Assembly (NCBI GenBank): GCA_964057225.1 | Contig: OZ059897.1 | Span: forward strand, 9,610,001 to 9,674,000 | Direction: 5' to 3' | Length of the DNA: 64,000 nucleotides | Source: Auanema rhodensis | Lineage: Eukaryota > Animalia > Nematoda | Translations under genes and position numbers: made by a program | Notes under the pieces: model-generated | The model's database searches: none | What the model was told of the DNA's origin: nothing | What the model saw: the letters and a program-made list of their open reading frames with translations, nothing else | Part shown: one piece after another, positions 39,328 to 54,000 of the stretch | Layout: each line of letters begins with the position of its first letter | How positions within the stretch are numbered: position 1 is the stretch's first letter

Positions 39328-42209
39328 ATGTCCCAAGTTCCACCAAGGAAAATTCCTAGAATTATATCACGGGTGAAGAATAAATCAGAACAGAAATTGG
39401 ATTGCAATGGTAATAATTGATAAAGTGAAAAAAACAGTATCGAACATGCTGTAAGCGCAAGATGGTGACGAAATTTTCAAAACGCTTTTATACCTTGAAA
39501 ATAAAAGTTATCTACTGTAGGATCATGTATAAATAATTCTTAAGTTCGTAATAAGAAATATATATGATTATACAAATGTAAAGCAACGAACAGGAAATAA
39601 TATATACTGAGTTATCATGTGAAGTTTTGAATATTTTCAAATTGCAGATCGTAGCGATCTTTTACGGGGAGATCATACAGACTTAGTTAGGAATGAACAA
39701 TTAGTTGATGAATTAAATTCCGAGAAAGTGGTTATAAGAGATGGTGTTGTTGTGGCAGTTCAACATTTGGATAAAGAAAGACCGGTAGGTAGAATTAATG
39801 TACTGTTTTATTCATTTTTGAACTTACCGATAGTTTAGTTCATTTTCATCTGGTTATTCACATTATCATTTTTTAACGTAATGTATTGTATTGTAATTGT
39901 ATTTGTTCTTCAGCATACTTCGAGCCATTCCAGTAGGAGAGTTATTATTGATGCAGGCCTGCCTATTCAAGAGCATGATATGTACACTGAAACTCCTCTT
40001 CCTGGTTAGTAATTTACAGAAATAATATTTCTGAATCTAATATTTTTGAAGGATGTGCAGATGAAGTTGAATCTTACCCTTGTAAATACTGTCCCAATCA
40101 CGTATTCTTAACTACATTAGGATTAGAGAAGCATGCTCGAGAATTTCATATTGAACAACTACAAGAGGTTTGCCCTCAATTTTTATTTTCCTACTGAAGA
40201 ATTATAGATAATGGAATATATGAATACAATACAAGAAGAATGGATAAGAAGAGAAAGAGAACGTGCTCGACAACGTGAACGAGCACAGTTAGCTAAAATA
40301 CGGCAAGAGTCAATAGCCCATGCTGCGGTTCGAAACTCTGCGTTACGACTAGGTGATATGGAAGTTGGGCAAGGTAATCATCAACTGTTTTTTCGAAACA
40401 AAGAAAGAAATTATTTTGTTCGATATAATTTATTCAAGTTTTAACAATTATTTTCAGAGATATCTATATCAGACCAACCGGAAGAGGAGCATTTCGAAGC
40501 TTGCAGGATATGTACCCTTTTGATTAACTCCAACCACCCCACTGCAATGGAAAATCACTTGAGAGCACACAAAAAAAACGACGAACTGCGAAGCCAATTG
40601 TTAGCCGAATATGGCTCTGAGGTATTGGAAATTAATCTTACATCGTTCAAATGTTTCTCCTAGATTGTTGGCAGGTTAACGTGTCATGATTGCCATTTGG
40701 TTTTCACGGATGACAGTAAATTAGCTTTGCATATAGAACATACACATGTAAGAAGGCGGAGATTTGTATGTAAGTGGTGCGGGCATCTATGTGCTTCCAT
40801 GACCGATTTGAATAATCATAAAGCTGATGTTCACGCAATGCCAGCTTGTCAGAGTCGACAAGAAAGAGCGGTATATAGTTTTGAAGAAACTTTTTAGATA
40901 CTGCAATCCTATTTTAGTTAATAATGAGAAACAATGCCATAAGAGCACGAGCTCGTTTGCGAGCAGAACAATTTATTGAGAGATGTTACGGACCTGGTTC
41001 AGAAGATGCTGTGTGCAGGTGATATTTCTTTAGTATTTTATTTTAAATAATTCCTTGTTAGAACTAACTGTGAAGAATGTGGGCTTAGGTTGTTGCGACC
41101 ATCCCTACTCATAAGGCATATGCTGAGAGTTCATTCCAAGGAATCCTTCTCGTGCAAAGTTTGTAATTTTACAATTTTTTCGTAATAGAATATGTTTTAG
41201 ATTGAAACTTCGGGTGTTGAACCATTCCGGATAGAAGTAGATCAGGCTAGGATACGATGGGTTTGCTGTGAAGCTAAATATATTGACAAGTTTGTTTATG
41301 ATAATATGCAAAATTATGCTTGTTTATTGTTTCAGACAGGAGTTTAATTTCCACAGGCGAACAGAGCATCTAGAAAAAATGTCTCAAGCTCAGCAATCTG
41401 AAAAACAAATTATGCCTCAAGAAGCTCCAGCGATTAATGGTAACTTGTTTTTAGTTTTGGTGAGGGACATTCCTTTTTTAGATCTTACCACCTCTGAACT
41501 GCCTATTCAACCAGGAACAGCAGCGTACACTGGCCAAATTGTACATAACGAAGATGGATCAATGCAGGTAGATTTTCAGTTATTATATTTTTATTTATTT
41601 ATTTTGTTAGGTTGTTCTCCCTGAAGGTATTGATACTTCTGGCGATATCTATGTTGTTATGCTGGATGAGAATATGGATATTTCAAAGGTTATCTAATTT
41701 TTTCATTTTATTCTAATTATTCAAGTTTCAGAATCCTCAAACTTCATATGATGTGAATGCTTCTTCTTCCCAAGAGGCTATCCAAATTCAAGGCGAACAT
41801 CAAATGACAATCGACGACGAGGTAAATTGCTTTAATGGTATGATGTTTGAATATCTTTTCAGGCCGATACTGTTGCTATTACTGAAGAACAATACCAACA
41901 ACTACGAGAACAATATGGAGATGATCTCAATGATTTGGTATTTGCTTGTATGTCTATAACAATTATCATCTATTTTTCCAGCAAATTGTGTTTATGAGTG
42001 ATGACATTGATCAAGGCGGACATATTGTGCCGCATCAGCACGGTGCCGATATGGATGTCATCGAATCAAATAGTATGCAACAGACCCACCAACATTCTCA
42101 CTCACATTCTCACTCTCATAATCCTCATCCTCAAAATCTTAACATTCAACAACACAATTTAGTGTCCCAACAACCCGAACTAACAAATGAGGAAATTTTT
42201 GAGCCGTGA
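39328..42209 (+). CDS. Multi-C2H2 zinc-finger protein (about six fingers) with an acidic, Gln/His-rich C-terminus
   Basis: Fingers: CKYCPNHVFLTTLGLEKHAREFH; CRICTLL...MENHLRAH; CHDCHLVFTDDSKLALHIEHTH; CKWCGHLCASMTDLNNHKADVH; CEECGLRLLRPSLLIRHMLRVH; and the atypical WVCCEAKYIDK/QEFNFHRRTEH. An acceptor TTACAG lies 7 nt before the ATG. Confidence 0.87.
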
Positions 42210-42773
42210 AAAGTTACATGTTTCATATTTAGTATATTTATAAGTTATAACTCTTCATAACCTAAAAATGGTCGACACGATCTCTTCTTACTTCGCCTCA
42301 CGGGTGTGATCTTTCTGTAAATCTGAATCGAAGTGATATCCCAATTAATCAACCGGTAGTGAATGAATGAATATTCGTGAACCCACGAATTTTATCACGT
42401 TTGAATAAAAGTAAGAGTATAACATTTTTTGAGCGTTGTAATTCAGTGGATTAATGGAAGCAACCAATTTGCCTGTTTATTGTATGCAACCGATCTGTGG
42501 GTCATATAAGTAGCAAGCTTGTCATATTAAACATTTATTACATTACAAAGAAATTTCCATTCTCGAAAGATGGTATCACAGAACTGAGAAAAATGCTAAA
42601 ACATATCAGCACATGATATATACAGCTAAATGTTTTGGATTAAAAAGATACATATAATAATTATGGCCAATTAATTTCACCGGATATGAATAATACCCGG
42701 ATATTCATCTAAAGCGATATGGAATGTAATCGAAGTTTGAGATTATTTCATAATGAAATTATGGCGGGTGAAG

Positions 42774-43262
42774 TTAAATAATGAGGTGAGACTTCAAGTT
42801 ACCGGATTTTTTTCGAGGTGGGAGATCTGAACAGCTAAGAGGCAGAGGACCGAGAACATCAATACATTCTTCTGAATTGCTTGGAGATATCTTGATTACC
42901 TGAAAATAGCTTATAGAACAAGTATCGGAAAGCTGGTGAAGGTAGGACATAGGCTTTGTTCTTTACGAGCGCGTGCTTTGTGCTTTACAAACACTAACAA
43001 GGACACAAGTGTAAGCTCAATCAAAGGGAAATTATAGAATAACAAAGGCAAATGCAAAACGGAGGAATAGGATACAACACTATGTATAACTCTACCCACC
43101 ATCTGCTCATCTTCAAATAGCTGAAAAAAATTAGTTTGCTTATCAATCTGTTGAATCTACATTGAATCTACTTCAGGTACACAATGATAAACTCGAAAAA
43201 AGGAAAGTAAAATCATGATATCTTACCCCACTATGACAGCTTGTTCTCAGTCCTCGTGGTAG
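42774..43262 (-). other. Candidate spliced stop-readthrough extension of shk-1 (43262-43227, 43120-43100, 42899-42774)
   Basis: After the TGA the frame continues CTA CCA CGA...AGT GGG to a phase-0 GTAAGA donor. Two TTTTCAG acceptors follow, each opening an in-frame segment. Confidence 0.55.
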
Positions 43263-46200
43263 TCAGCTGTCCGTCGAGCCCATTCGATCTCCATTTATGG
43301 AATCATTATCACCTCCTTGTTCAATGTCATCGACATCTTTCCCAACTGAACGCATAGTAGCCAGACGATTTTCTTGACGATAGAAGTGTTTGAAGTTGGC
43401 AACCTACGAAAAGGAAATAAATCATATCATTGTAACCAAGTTATGATGTTTATAAAGAAGAATTCTACTCACGATGATAGGAACGGGCAAAGCCAATGTG
43501 AGCACACCAATTAATGCACACATTGAACCAACAATTTTTCCCTGTGGACTAATAGGTACTAAATCACCATATCCAACAGTTGTCATTGTAACCTATAACC
43601 ATGTATAACTTGAGATACTGGCATAATATTTAACAAACATACCAGTACAAACCAAAATGAAGCTGGAATAGAAGTGAATTTTGTATTCGGATCTCCCTGT
43701 TCTGCAAAATATATTCCGGAAGCAAACAGAACAAGAGCAATAGCCATAAAGAATATGAGCAGACAAAATTCTTGTACTGATGCTCGGAATGTTTTTCCCA
43801 GAATTTGCAAGCCAACAGAATGTCTGTGCATATCGAAAAGCGTATTAAATTGTGAAAGGCAAAACATACCGACTCAATTTGAAGATTCTGAACACTCGAA
43901 CCAATCTTAATACTCGAAGTACGGCAAATGACATTGACGAACTCGATTTATTCATGTCAGCCCTTAAAGCACTGATAACATATCAGTTGAGGAATCACAA
44001 CACGATATTTAAATTAAAATGAATATAACTTACCAAAATAAATTCACGAAAAATGGAGCTATGGCAACAAAATCAATAATATTTAAAAATGATGTCATGA
44101 AAGAATATTTTGAAGGACAACTGATGAATCGTAAAAATAATTCTGAAATGAAATTTCATATAAACTGATGTAAACATTGTTTATACTGACCTATGGTAAA
44201 CCATAAGATACAAACAAGCTCAATCCAGAAGAATGGATTATTAAATCGTCCATCTTCCTTTTCAGTAGAATCTGATGGATGTAATACATCAATAGACGGC
44301 ATGGTTGGTGATAATACTGATGATGGTACAGTTTCCCAACAGAATGAAACAATTGAACTGTAATTTCATCACATGAAGCACTTATGAGGATGATATGTTA
44401 ACTTACACGATAATAACCGCAATCGAAATAAAAGCTATAACTCTTGCTGATAACGATGAGTCTGGATATTCCATCAATTCCCATATTCGCCTCATAGTAG
44501 GATTATGAGGCATCTTAGCTTCAGGAGGTTTCTCGTATCCCTCAGCAATCCAAAATTCTTCCAAAAGCTCTTCTCCCATCTACAAAACTCGAGTTATTTG
44601 AACTTTTAGAATCTAATTTATGTCAATAGTTTGCATCGATAATAAATACTTACCTGATAAAAGTGCATTTCGGAGAGAAAAACATCAATAGGCACAGCTT
44701 CTGGTCGCTTAACTCGGCCATGACTCTGATAGATATAGAGAATCGATTCAAATCTAAAACAAATGAATAAAATAATTAGTAGTGAAATGACATTGATTTA
44801 AAATAAAATCTCTGATAGATGTATATTTAATGTTTAAATCTTGAGATATTCGATTTAACACTTTATCCAACAACCCCTCTCCTCTTTATCGCAAACATTA
44901 TATATTTTATATAATGTATATAAAAATTGAAAGAATATAATTTCAAAAAATTTTATATAATTCATATAAAGCATAAGAAAAACTATATATTTTCTATTAT
45001 TCAACCCTTATTATCAAAGTTTTTGAAAGGTTAATCAGGTTAGCCTAAAAGTGATATATTATAAAAGATAATATATATATTTATAATTTTAATATCTATT
45101 AAGTTCATTAATCATTTTGATTGTCAGAAATCAACTGGTATTCTTTAAATATTGCTCTATAGTGTTTAGAGGCAATGATTATATGCAAATCGTAGGACCT
45201 CACATAGCAGAGCAACAGCTGACAGATGAATCGCTTTTATGTGATCAATCACATGGAGTTTAGACTAGATAACTAAACGTTTTTACACTTTTGATATTCC
45301 AATAGAAAAAATTATGTTTGAATTCTCTTTCTCTCTCTCTCTTTCTCTCTCTCTCTCTTTCTCTCTTTCTTTCTTTCTTTCCCTCTCTTTTCACTCCCTT
45401 CTCCCCGCTTATCGTATAATCGAAATGTATAGTTTGACATATGTATATCAAGTAGTTTCTTTTCAAAACAAACTCACGTTGATCGATGACGGTCAAAGAA
45501 AAATTCTTTGGTATCTTCCACCCAATAATGTTCTCGTTTCGATCGATCACCAAGTAATGTATTTGGATATCTGAAAAGAAGCTCATGGAATAATTGAATA
45601 AACTATATCTTTACAGTTGTACTGTAAATAAATTAAATTATCTCAAATTTACCTTGCTAACGTGGATTCGAACGTTTGAAATCGCAAGCCTGACACATTT
45701 ATTGTAATAAGCTCATTTGATGAGAGGCTAAAATAGCAAAATTTGATGAATAAGAACTCTTTTCATCAGATATTCTTACACATGATCATAGAATGGAGTT
45801 CCTCGTTGAGGACTACTGCTCTTTTCATCATCATTCACCAACAAGATACCATTTGTCTCGTCCATAATAGGACGTCTGAAATAAGAAAAATTCAAATAGA
45901 ATGAATATAAATAACTTGATTAAAAATATTTTTGTTTTATTTATATAAATTTCATAAGTTACATTTCATAAGTACGAGTAAACATACATATATGCCTTTA
46001 TATGAAATTTATTGAATTTTGAGTATGATTTGCATAATAAGTCTGTATGCTAATTAGATATTTTGTGACATTTTTGACAAAAATTGTAAAGCTTCTTACT
46101 ACTATACTATTTAACAAAGTTTACTCACACGAACATCAACACCAATTATTTTTTAAATGTAAACATCGTTTGGTGTCATCATGTATCACAAAATCTTTTT

Positions 46201-48918
46201 AAAAAATTTGAAACATTCTCTGAATTCGTTTACAATTAGAATCTTGGATTTTCAGCAACCGCTGCTTCGTAGTACACATTTTGAAATGATGCTTTTACAC
46301 GAATTGCCACGAACAACCATTCTAGATAACTCTTGAAATTGAAGCGTCGCCAAGAGTCTTTTAAGTAAATTAAAATGGATTAAGCTTATATAAAGCGTCA
46401 TGAAGACAACTGTTTTTGTACAGCAGTAAAGTGGAAGTGTTTTAAGATTCCGGGATTATTAATTGATTACAAGAAAGCTAAATTGCTTTTATAATCAAAG
46501 AATTCATCTTTAAATAACTCTTAGAGTTGACTTACGAGAAAAAATCATGTATATCTGCGCAAACGGATGTCGAAAACATGACTTGAAATGGATAAAGAAG
46601 GGTAATAGCCTCGGCAAAACGAAGAAGATATGTATGTAGAATGGTGGATAACACATAGGTATAAGATACTTGTCTAACATAAAGGTGAGAGATATAGCAT
46701 GTATGTACATAAGAAATACAACATGAGACGAACAAACATGTGAGATACAATGTTTAAGAATTTTGAAGAGAATTTTTCAAAAAAATTGACAAGAAAAAAG
46801 TAAAAAAAAGGTTTCTTAAAATATCTCATTCGTTCATATGTTGATATAACATACTATAATATTATTCTTCAATCTTTCTTAACTTTGTTTGACAAGAGAA
46901 GGAACTGGTGTGGATATCAAGAATCTTTTTTTCATTAATATTCAAGCTTGATCTATTGTTGTTCCTCGAAACAATGTCCAATTTTTGTTCTCGATTAAAA
47001 TTTTAAGACAACAAAACAAATTGACGTAAAAGAGGAAGTATTAGATGTGCTTTCTGATGTCCACATGCATAGGCAATGTGTTCAAAACTTTAACAGCCCA
47101 TGTAGCTCAAGAACAGTTACTACTGTCTGTGTGTATGTGTGTGTGTGTGTGTTTGAGATTTTATCGGAAGTATCTTTAAGAAAAACGTAAAGCATCACAT
47201 TTAAATATCTAGTTAGCATATCCAGCTGGCACTTAGAAGTAAGAAAAAACAATTTGCTGACGTAAAAAGTTGAAGACAGATGATGTCTTAGACTTTGCAA
47301 ATCATTTAAACCATTAATATATTTAAGTTTTTAAAGAAATGCTATATCATATTACTGTTGTTAACATTTCGTGTATATCATTTGCAAAAAAAAATTGAAG
47401 AAAACAAATAAACAAAATAAAATCCTAAACGACATGAAAATAGTAAAATGTAACGTGTTTTTAGATGCTTTACTATATGTTATTATGTTTGAATTCTAGT
47501 TAATTCATTGCAAATTAAATTGAAACAATTAACAAAAAACAAGAGAAAAGTAGTTTCTAGTGAGAAATAAAAACAAATATTAGTTGTAAAAGATAATTGT
47601 AAATCCTCTTCATACCTGGATGCAACTTCAGATTCTGAGTTGTCCTGAGGTAAAGAATCTGACGGAACCTCTTCTGGTAATACATCCATCAAGAATGCGA
47701 TTACTTTTTAGGATTGTTTTCTTGCAAGAATTCAATTTAGGCAAAGAAACAAGAGGAAAAGTGAAACAACTGAAGCTGCGAGTGTTCAGGCTCATCCGGG
47801 AGGATGAACAGGCGGTGAAAATGACTGACATCACAGCTGCAGTCTCATCTCTCTTTTCAATTTTATCTCCCGAGTTTCTCTAGATCCCATACTAATCATT
47901 AGTCAACTCAATACGAAATCATGTTGCATTTCACGTTTCACATGAGTAAGCAACTGATTCTCATTTTTTTCGCCAACTCATCATATTACTAGACGAAGTT
48001 TGAGTAAAACACCAATACAATAAGCCTTTTATGTTTCAATATCGTCGGAACTCAAATAAAAAATTCCAAAAAAAGAGATATCAACTAAGTTTGATCGGTC
48101 GAGGCTATAAAGTATGGCTTGTTTGACGTGAGCATTAGATAAAAAACTCAAATACATGGTTAGCTGCTCATCTGGGATTTATCTCATTCAGCTATTAGCA
48201 GCATTTATGTGTATATGTTTACATTTTTTCATATTTTATGTAACAATATAAGTTATTTGCTAAAAGAGAAATATTTTCTTTCAAGTTTCAATTTTCAGAC
48301 CTTCCGGGACGACGTCTGCCAAACTTCCACATATTATGGTCACGTGAGCAAGTTCACATATAGAAATTTCGTTCGAGAAACTAATAAAAGAACTGAATAA
48401 ATTAAATTAATGTAATATAAAAGAAGATATATAATTCTATTAGTTATATAGTTAAAAAATGAATGAATATAACAAAGTAGTATTAAGATATACAGATGTT
48501 GAAGCATTGTTAACAGGAGTATATGAACTAATCTAAGCGTATTTGGCAAGATGCCGTGAAGCGGAATGAATTTTCCCCATCACCGTCATAAGCCCATATA
48601 GGACATAGTAACGATTTAAACGAAAGTCATTCTACACAGAAGTCATATTAAAAATCTAAAATAATCTTTTTTTTTGTTGTAAAATGATGAGATCGTGGAT
48701 ATAAATGTATAAGGACTGGAGATTGGAATGAATGAATGTCTTTAAAAGATTGCAAAGTTGAAAACATATAGAGAACTGAGAGAAAGAGTGGGAAAGAGTA
48801 AGAAATAGAGGCATGAAGACATATCATATATGCTTTTGAAAGTAAGTAAAACATAGAAAGGAGAGCGAGCCTCTCGTTCTCTCTTTTTCTCTATCTGGAT
48901 CTCTATCTCGTTCCCTCT

Positions 48919-48974
<56 letters not shown>

Positions 48975-51050
48975 TTCTCTCTCTGAAAATACTATGAATG
49001 ACAAGAAGATGAAATAAAAATTAAATTAAAAGCATAGTACATAGTTAGCGAATACCCAAAACGTGAATTTTGCATTTGATTATAATTTCAACTTTTAAAA
49101 GTTTTTTTACACAAAGTTAATAAGGAATATGAACTGAATAATCAACGAAAAACTTTTGTCAGTGAAAGTACTCATTCTGCTCATTGGCGATTGGCGAATG
49201 ATTTATATTTAGTTGCTATGGAGGTGAGAATAGTAGAGTTTGAAAAGCTTCATGCAATAATCGGCGAAGGAGATATAGAAATTTCGAAAAATAGAATGGA
49301 AAAATAAAATAATATTAAGAACGTTAGCTCGTACTTAACTATGCTAAGCATGTGAAGCTTTATAAGAACATTCCTCAACTTGAAGATAAAGTTCAGACAG
49401 ATATCAGATTTTTTGAAACAAGCTTCCGGAGACAAGAAGGTCATCCGTCGGGAACGGGCCTTTCACAGACAGGCGATACATGACGACGCCTAACGCTTGA
49501 CATGATGGATAACATGGCATCGGGCTGTCTTTCTCATTCTATTGTTCTTTATTTTCTTTTTTTTTCTTTTTTTTTGTCCTCCTCCGATGCTTCTACCACT
49601 GTTGATTTCTCCTGCCTATATTTGGGGATAAACTAGTGCTTTGATTTCAATCCAACTACTACGAAACGCAAAGCAAAATGAATTCGTTTGCGATGCTTGA
49701 TTCTGAATGTTTTTTTTCAATTTTCATGATGCCTCTTCATAGGCGGATAAGAAGAAAAGAAAGAAGGAGGAAAACGACCGTCATTCCTATATATACATAG
49801 ATGTATATATATATATATATAGATCTATATAGATGAATATATTTATAAACAAGCTATATATTAAAGGTTTTATTTTGATATTAGAAGCATTTCTTATTCT
49901 CAATCTCTTCTAGTAACACACAAACATTTAATTAGATTTGATGATAATGAAGAAGAAAAGCAATTCAAATGATTAGCAGATAGGTTTGAAGCATGGACAG
50001 TAGAGAAATCAGCTCAAGTTACTGATTGATTTACGTCAAATGCATACATTTTTTAATAATTAGAGGCTTACTGTTTGCTTCCTCTGTTTTTTATATAAGA
50101 AGGGCTAGTATGAAAATGAATGTTATGTCTTTGTTTTTTTTCTTTGTTTTTACTGAAAATGAGCATGAGATGACGAAATGAAAAACATTAGATTATCAAA
50201 GAATCTAGTGATTGAAGTTCCTAAATGAAAAAAGTAAAATGGCAGATAAAAACCATTAACTTCATCTCTATCTTTCCGATAGATCAGTAAAGACAAGCCA
50301 TCTATTAGAAGTCAGACTAATTATATTAAGGACATTGATATGTATGAAGCTATTGGCCAACACATAAATATCGATACAAGCTTCCTCTTTTCCTTCGTTT
50401 TTTTTTGGATCTTGTTTCGAGACATTTCATGTTTCTTTTATTAGGTTAGTGTCTAGTCCAGTCGACATATGAATTTCTTTTCTTTCTTTTTTTCTTGTGG
50501 AAAAATACAACGATTATGAAAATATTTCCACTTAACTTCTCAGAAAGGAAACTATTAAGCATTTCAAAATAGAAATCGGTATAAAGTTGAGAAAAGTGTA
50601 AAGAAGAGGATTTAAAAGTTGCAGCTAACACGTAAAAGGCTATATTGTGCAATGTTTAAGAGTTTAATGATTCAGCAAATGCTTCTAAGGCATTCAATAA
50701 GAGTATCATTAATTCAATATAATTGTTTCCTGTTATGAAAGAATGAAAAAACGCAAAAAAAAACTTTGTGCAGAATAAAAAGGAAGAAACATGAAGGAAC
50801 GATGATGAGAAGAGCATTAGGTAGCTGAAAAACCGACAAAATGAGATAAACACAAAAGAAGATAATAGCAAATGAATGTATATGCATATGGATCTTATTG
50901 ATGCCCAAATAGATATAAGTAAAATGTGATGTGATGCGGATTGGCTTGATATGCTGCATGTCATCATAAAATATTGGCGAAACTTTAGAAAAATTCATAT
51001 TTATTAGTATTGAATAGGGTCAAATGCTTTAGTTTTTATAGTAGTGTATA

Positions 51051-51097
<47 letters not shown>

Positions 51098-54000
51098 CAA
51101 GAAAACGAAAATGTTGTGAAGTAGTAACAGCTTAGCTCCGGTATCATCATGGCTTTTTGATTTGTTTTTCCACATGCAACCAGCACGTACACCCGCTTTA
51201 ATGAAACTTAAAATGACTTGATCACCTACGAAAGAAATCCTAGTCGACCACACATGGAATACGGGCCGACGTATTATATAATCCCATCGTGGAATCAAAC
51301 ATCTCAAGAGATGGTAATGAAAATTTGAAAAACAAATGTTCCTCTTCATATTTTTAGAATTAACATCGGATTTAATTTTTTTTTGCGTACTTTGAGTACT
51401 GGAAGTTCTTTTTCATTTTTTTGTTCAACTTCAGCTAACCACTGATGTCATTCAAATTCTGAAGGAAGTAGATAGATTACCGACGCAGTAAAAGATCAGA
51501 GAGCTCTGCTGCTTCAAGTCAAATGCTATTACATACTGATGAGGCAGATGACAAAGCAATAGTGAAACTGGAGGGAAAAGCCAACGATTTTCTATCTTGG
51601 GATATATGGTGTTGTAGTCATCTGACATCATGCAAATGACAATTTTTCTTTTCAGAAAATTCTGAGCTCAATGAACATACAGCGTGTACATTTCGAACAT
51701 AATTGCAATCAAATTAATAGAATGAATGCGTATACATGTACCTATGTACATATATTCTATTTTTTTTGTATGTTTTTCTCAAATGTATGTTCTATGAATA
51801 TTAAAAACTAACAGTGCAGGCTCCACAGATTGCGCTCGAACTTGTTGTTGTTCCTCAGGAACGAGCACTGGCGTTGTGTGACGTGATACACGTGTTGACC
51901 GGCTGATTTCATTCGGTTGTCGTCGTCTACGCTGTTCTTGCTGTTGGTACTTTTCAGGATGCACGTTCAGTGCTTGTTCGAGACGTCTGAAACAAAAATT
52001 TGTTTAGGATATGCAAGTTATTAAGTATTTCAATCAACATTTTTCTTTTTCAAATATTCTTTCTTTTGTATAATTTTCATAGGAATAAACTTCTGTGGGT
52101 ATGTTTCCAAAAAAAAAGAAGAATTATAGTCATGCTTTATATCATTTTATATAACTTATTCATATAGTATAATATATAAAATAAAATTGCCTTTTGACAT
52201 GGAAATATGATTCAATGGTTCTTTAGTTTTCATATTTTTGGTTTCTTAGCTAAATTATATAGTTTTGCATCATCTTTGAATTTATTTTTAGTTCAAACTT
52301 GCATACTAGATGGCATTTTTCTTTAAATTGATCTGTATAATTCTTGTAAATATTCAAAATTTCTTGTCTACACTTAAAAAGAAAAAAGTTCCTTTTTTTT
52401 TCGTTTTTTTTTGAAAAACAAACAATCTTAGTTGAATGAAATAATTTGAGGAAATTTTTTCGTTTTTCATGCTTGATATTTTCTTAGAAAATTTCTTCAT
52501 CTTGCAAATATTCTACAAGTAATTTGAGGAATGTGTGCTTTTCCCTTCAAATCCAATCAGTTTGTATGCATTTATGTATTTTGACCAACATGTCAGATAA
52601 TAGGATGATTTCATGGTAATCCTCAACACATGTATTATGAAAGACAAGCTTGTCATTCAGGTTTTTCAAAAAAAATCTCAAAATGCTCCTTTTCTAAATT
52701 GAACTGAGATGTTTTCTAGAGTGAGAATCAGTCAGATTTAAGGCCTTGATGGCTTAAATTTTGGATAAGAGACTAAGCTCATCACTCAATCGAGCTTATA
52801 TATGGCGCTTATAAACGGAACTGAATTGAAGCACATCTGCTCTAAACAGAGAATAAGTTCTGTAAATTGGCGGTTAATCTTTTTTTTTGCAGAGGAAAAA
52901 ACAGAAATTTTCTTTCGGTTTCAAATGTTTCATTATCGAATAAATATCTAAATATCGATGTTCAGTTACTACGAAAGAATTTGTTTTGAAATTCAATGTC
53001 AGCACAAAGATATCACAGAAAAAGAAAAAGAAAAAAAAGACTTGAGATATCACCCCATAAAATAGAAAAATAGACACCAAAAAATCTGAGTGCTTTGGCT
53101 ATTTTTTTGGAAAGACGTGAGAAAAAAAAAAGTAATTATACATTGGTGAGCTAATAAACTTTAAAAATAGTTGGATAATAAACATTTTTCATTTTCTATC
53201 TTATTTTTTTGTTGTAAACTATCACAAAAAAAATTTAACCTTTTTTTGGTTATATGATAAACATTGCTGTTAAATAAAAATTATTTTGATATATTATTGC
53301 CATATATGGTCGATTGAAGTTGATCTGAATGACAGAAAACGAATCAACTTAAATACATATTTTGCTTAGTTCATCTAAGGAACAACATGAACTTCTGATG
53401 AAAACACATGAGTTACTTAAAGAAAAAGCGAAGGGTAACACCCAAAATAAGATTTAATGAGAATATAAGACATGCAGTTGTCTCTGACTTTTCCTTGCAA
53501 AAAAAAAACTTTTACCAAAGGCAACTATTTTTTTGTGTTTTTGGTTGCTGTCTGCTCCGAGATTTTACACTTTTTTTACAAGAATTCTAGACGGAGAAGA
53601 GAAAAACAATAACAGAGCAGCTATATGATTTCATTCTCATTACTTCTTGAAGTTTCAAGTTTTATTTCATATGCCTTTAACTGATTGCAAGTTTGCAGAC
53701 AGATTCAGAAGCCTTTTCTTTTAAATTTCAAAAACGATGTGCTAAGGCTGTACGAAACATTCAGGCTTCCAAGTTGAATATTTGAATTATGTTAATTTTG
53801 TTTAAAATAAAGTCGTTTGAATCTAATAAGACTTCATTAAACTGAAGAAAGCAGCTTGATGAGACAGATGGCAAATAAGGATAGTTTCCCCCCAAGATAC
53901 GGGTCAGAGAAAAAGGCTAAAATGAACTTTAGTTTACAAGATTGAAAGCAAAGTATCGGGTTCTCTTTAACATTAACTGATTATGATGTCATTTTCACAC

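Noticed and set aside
39560-39612. Intronic ATGATTA...CTGA as a C/D snoRNA
   Set aside because: The C box is imperfect, the span is under 50 nt, and there is no terminal stem.
49430-49530. GC-rich island in a shk-1 intron as another first exon
   Set aside because: The ATG-initiated frames hit stops before any phase-compatible donor. It may be regulatory, but that is unsupported.
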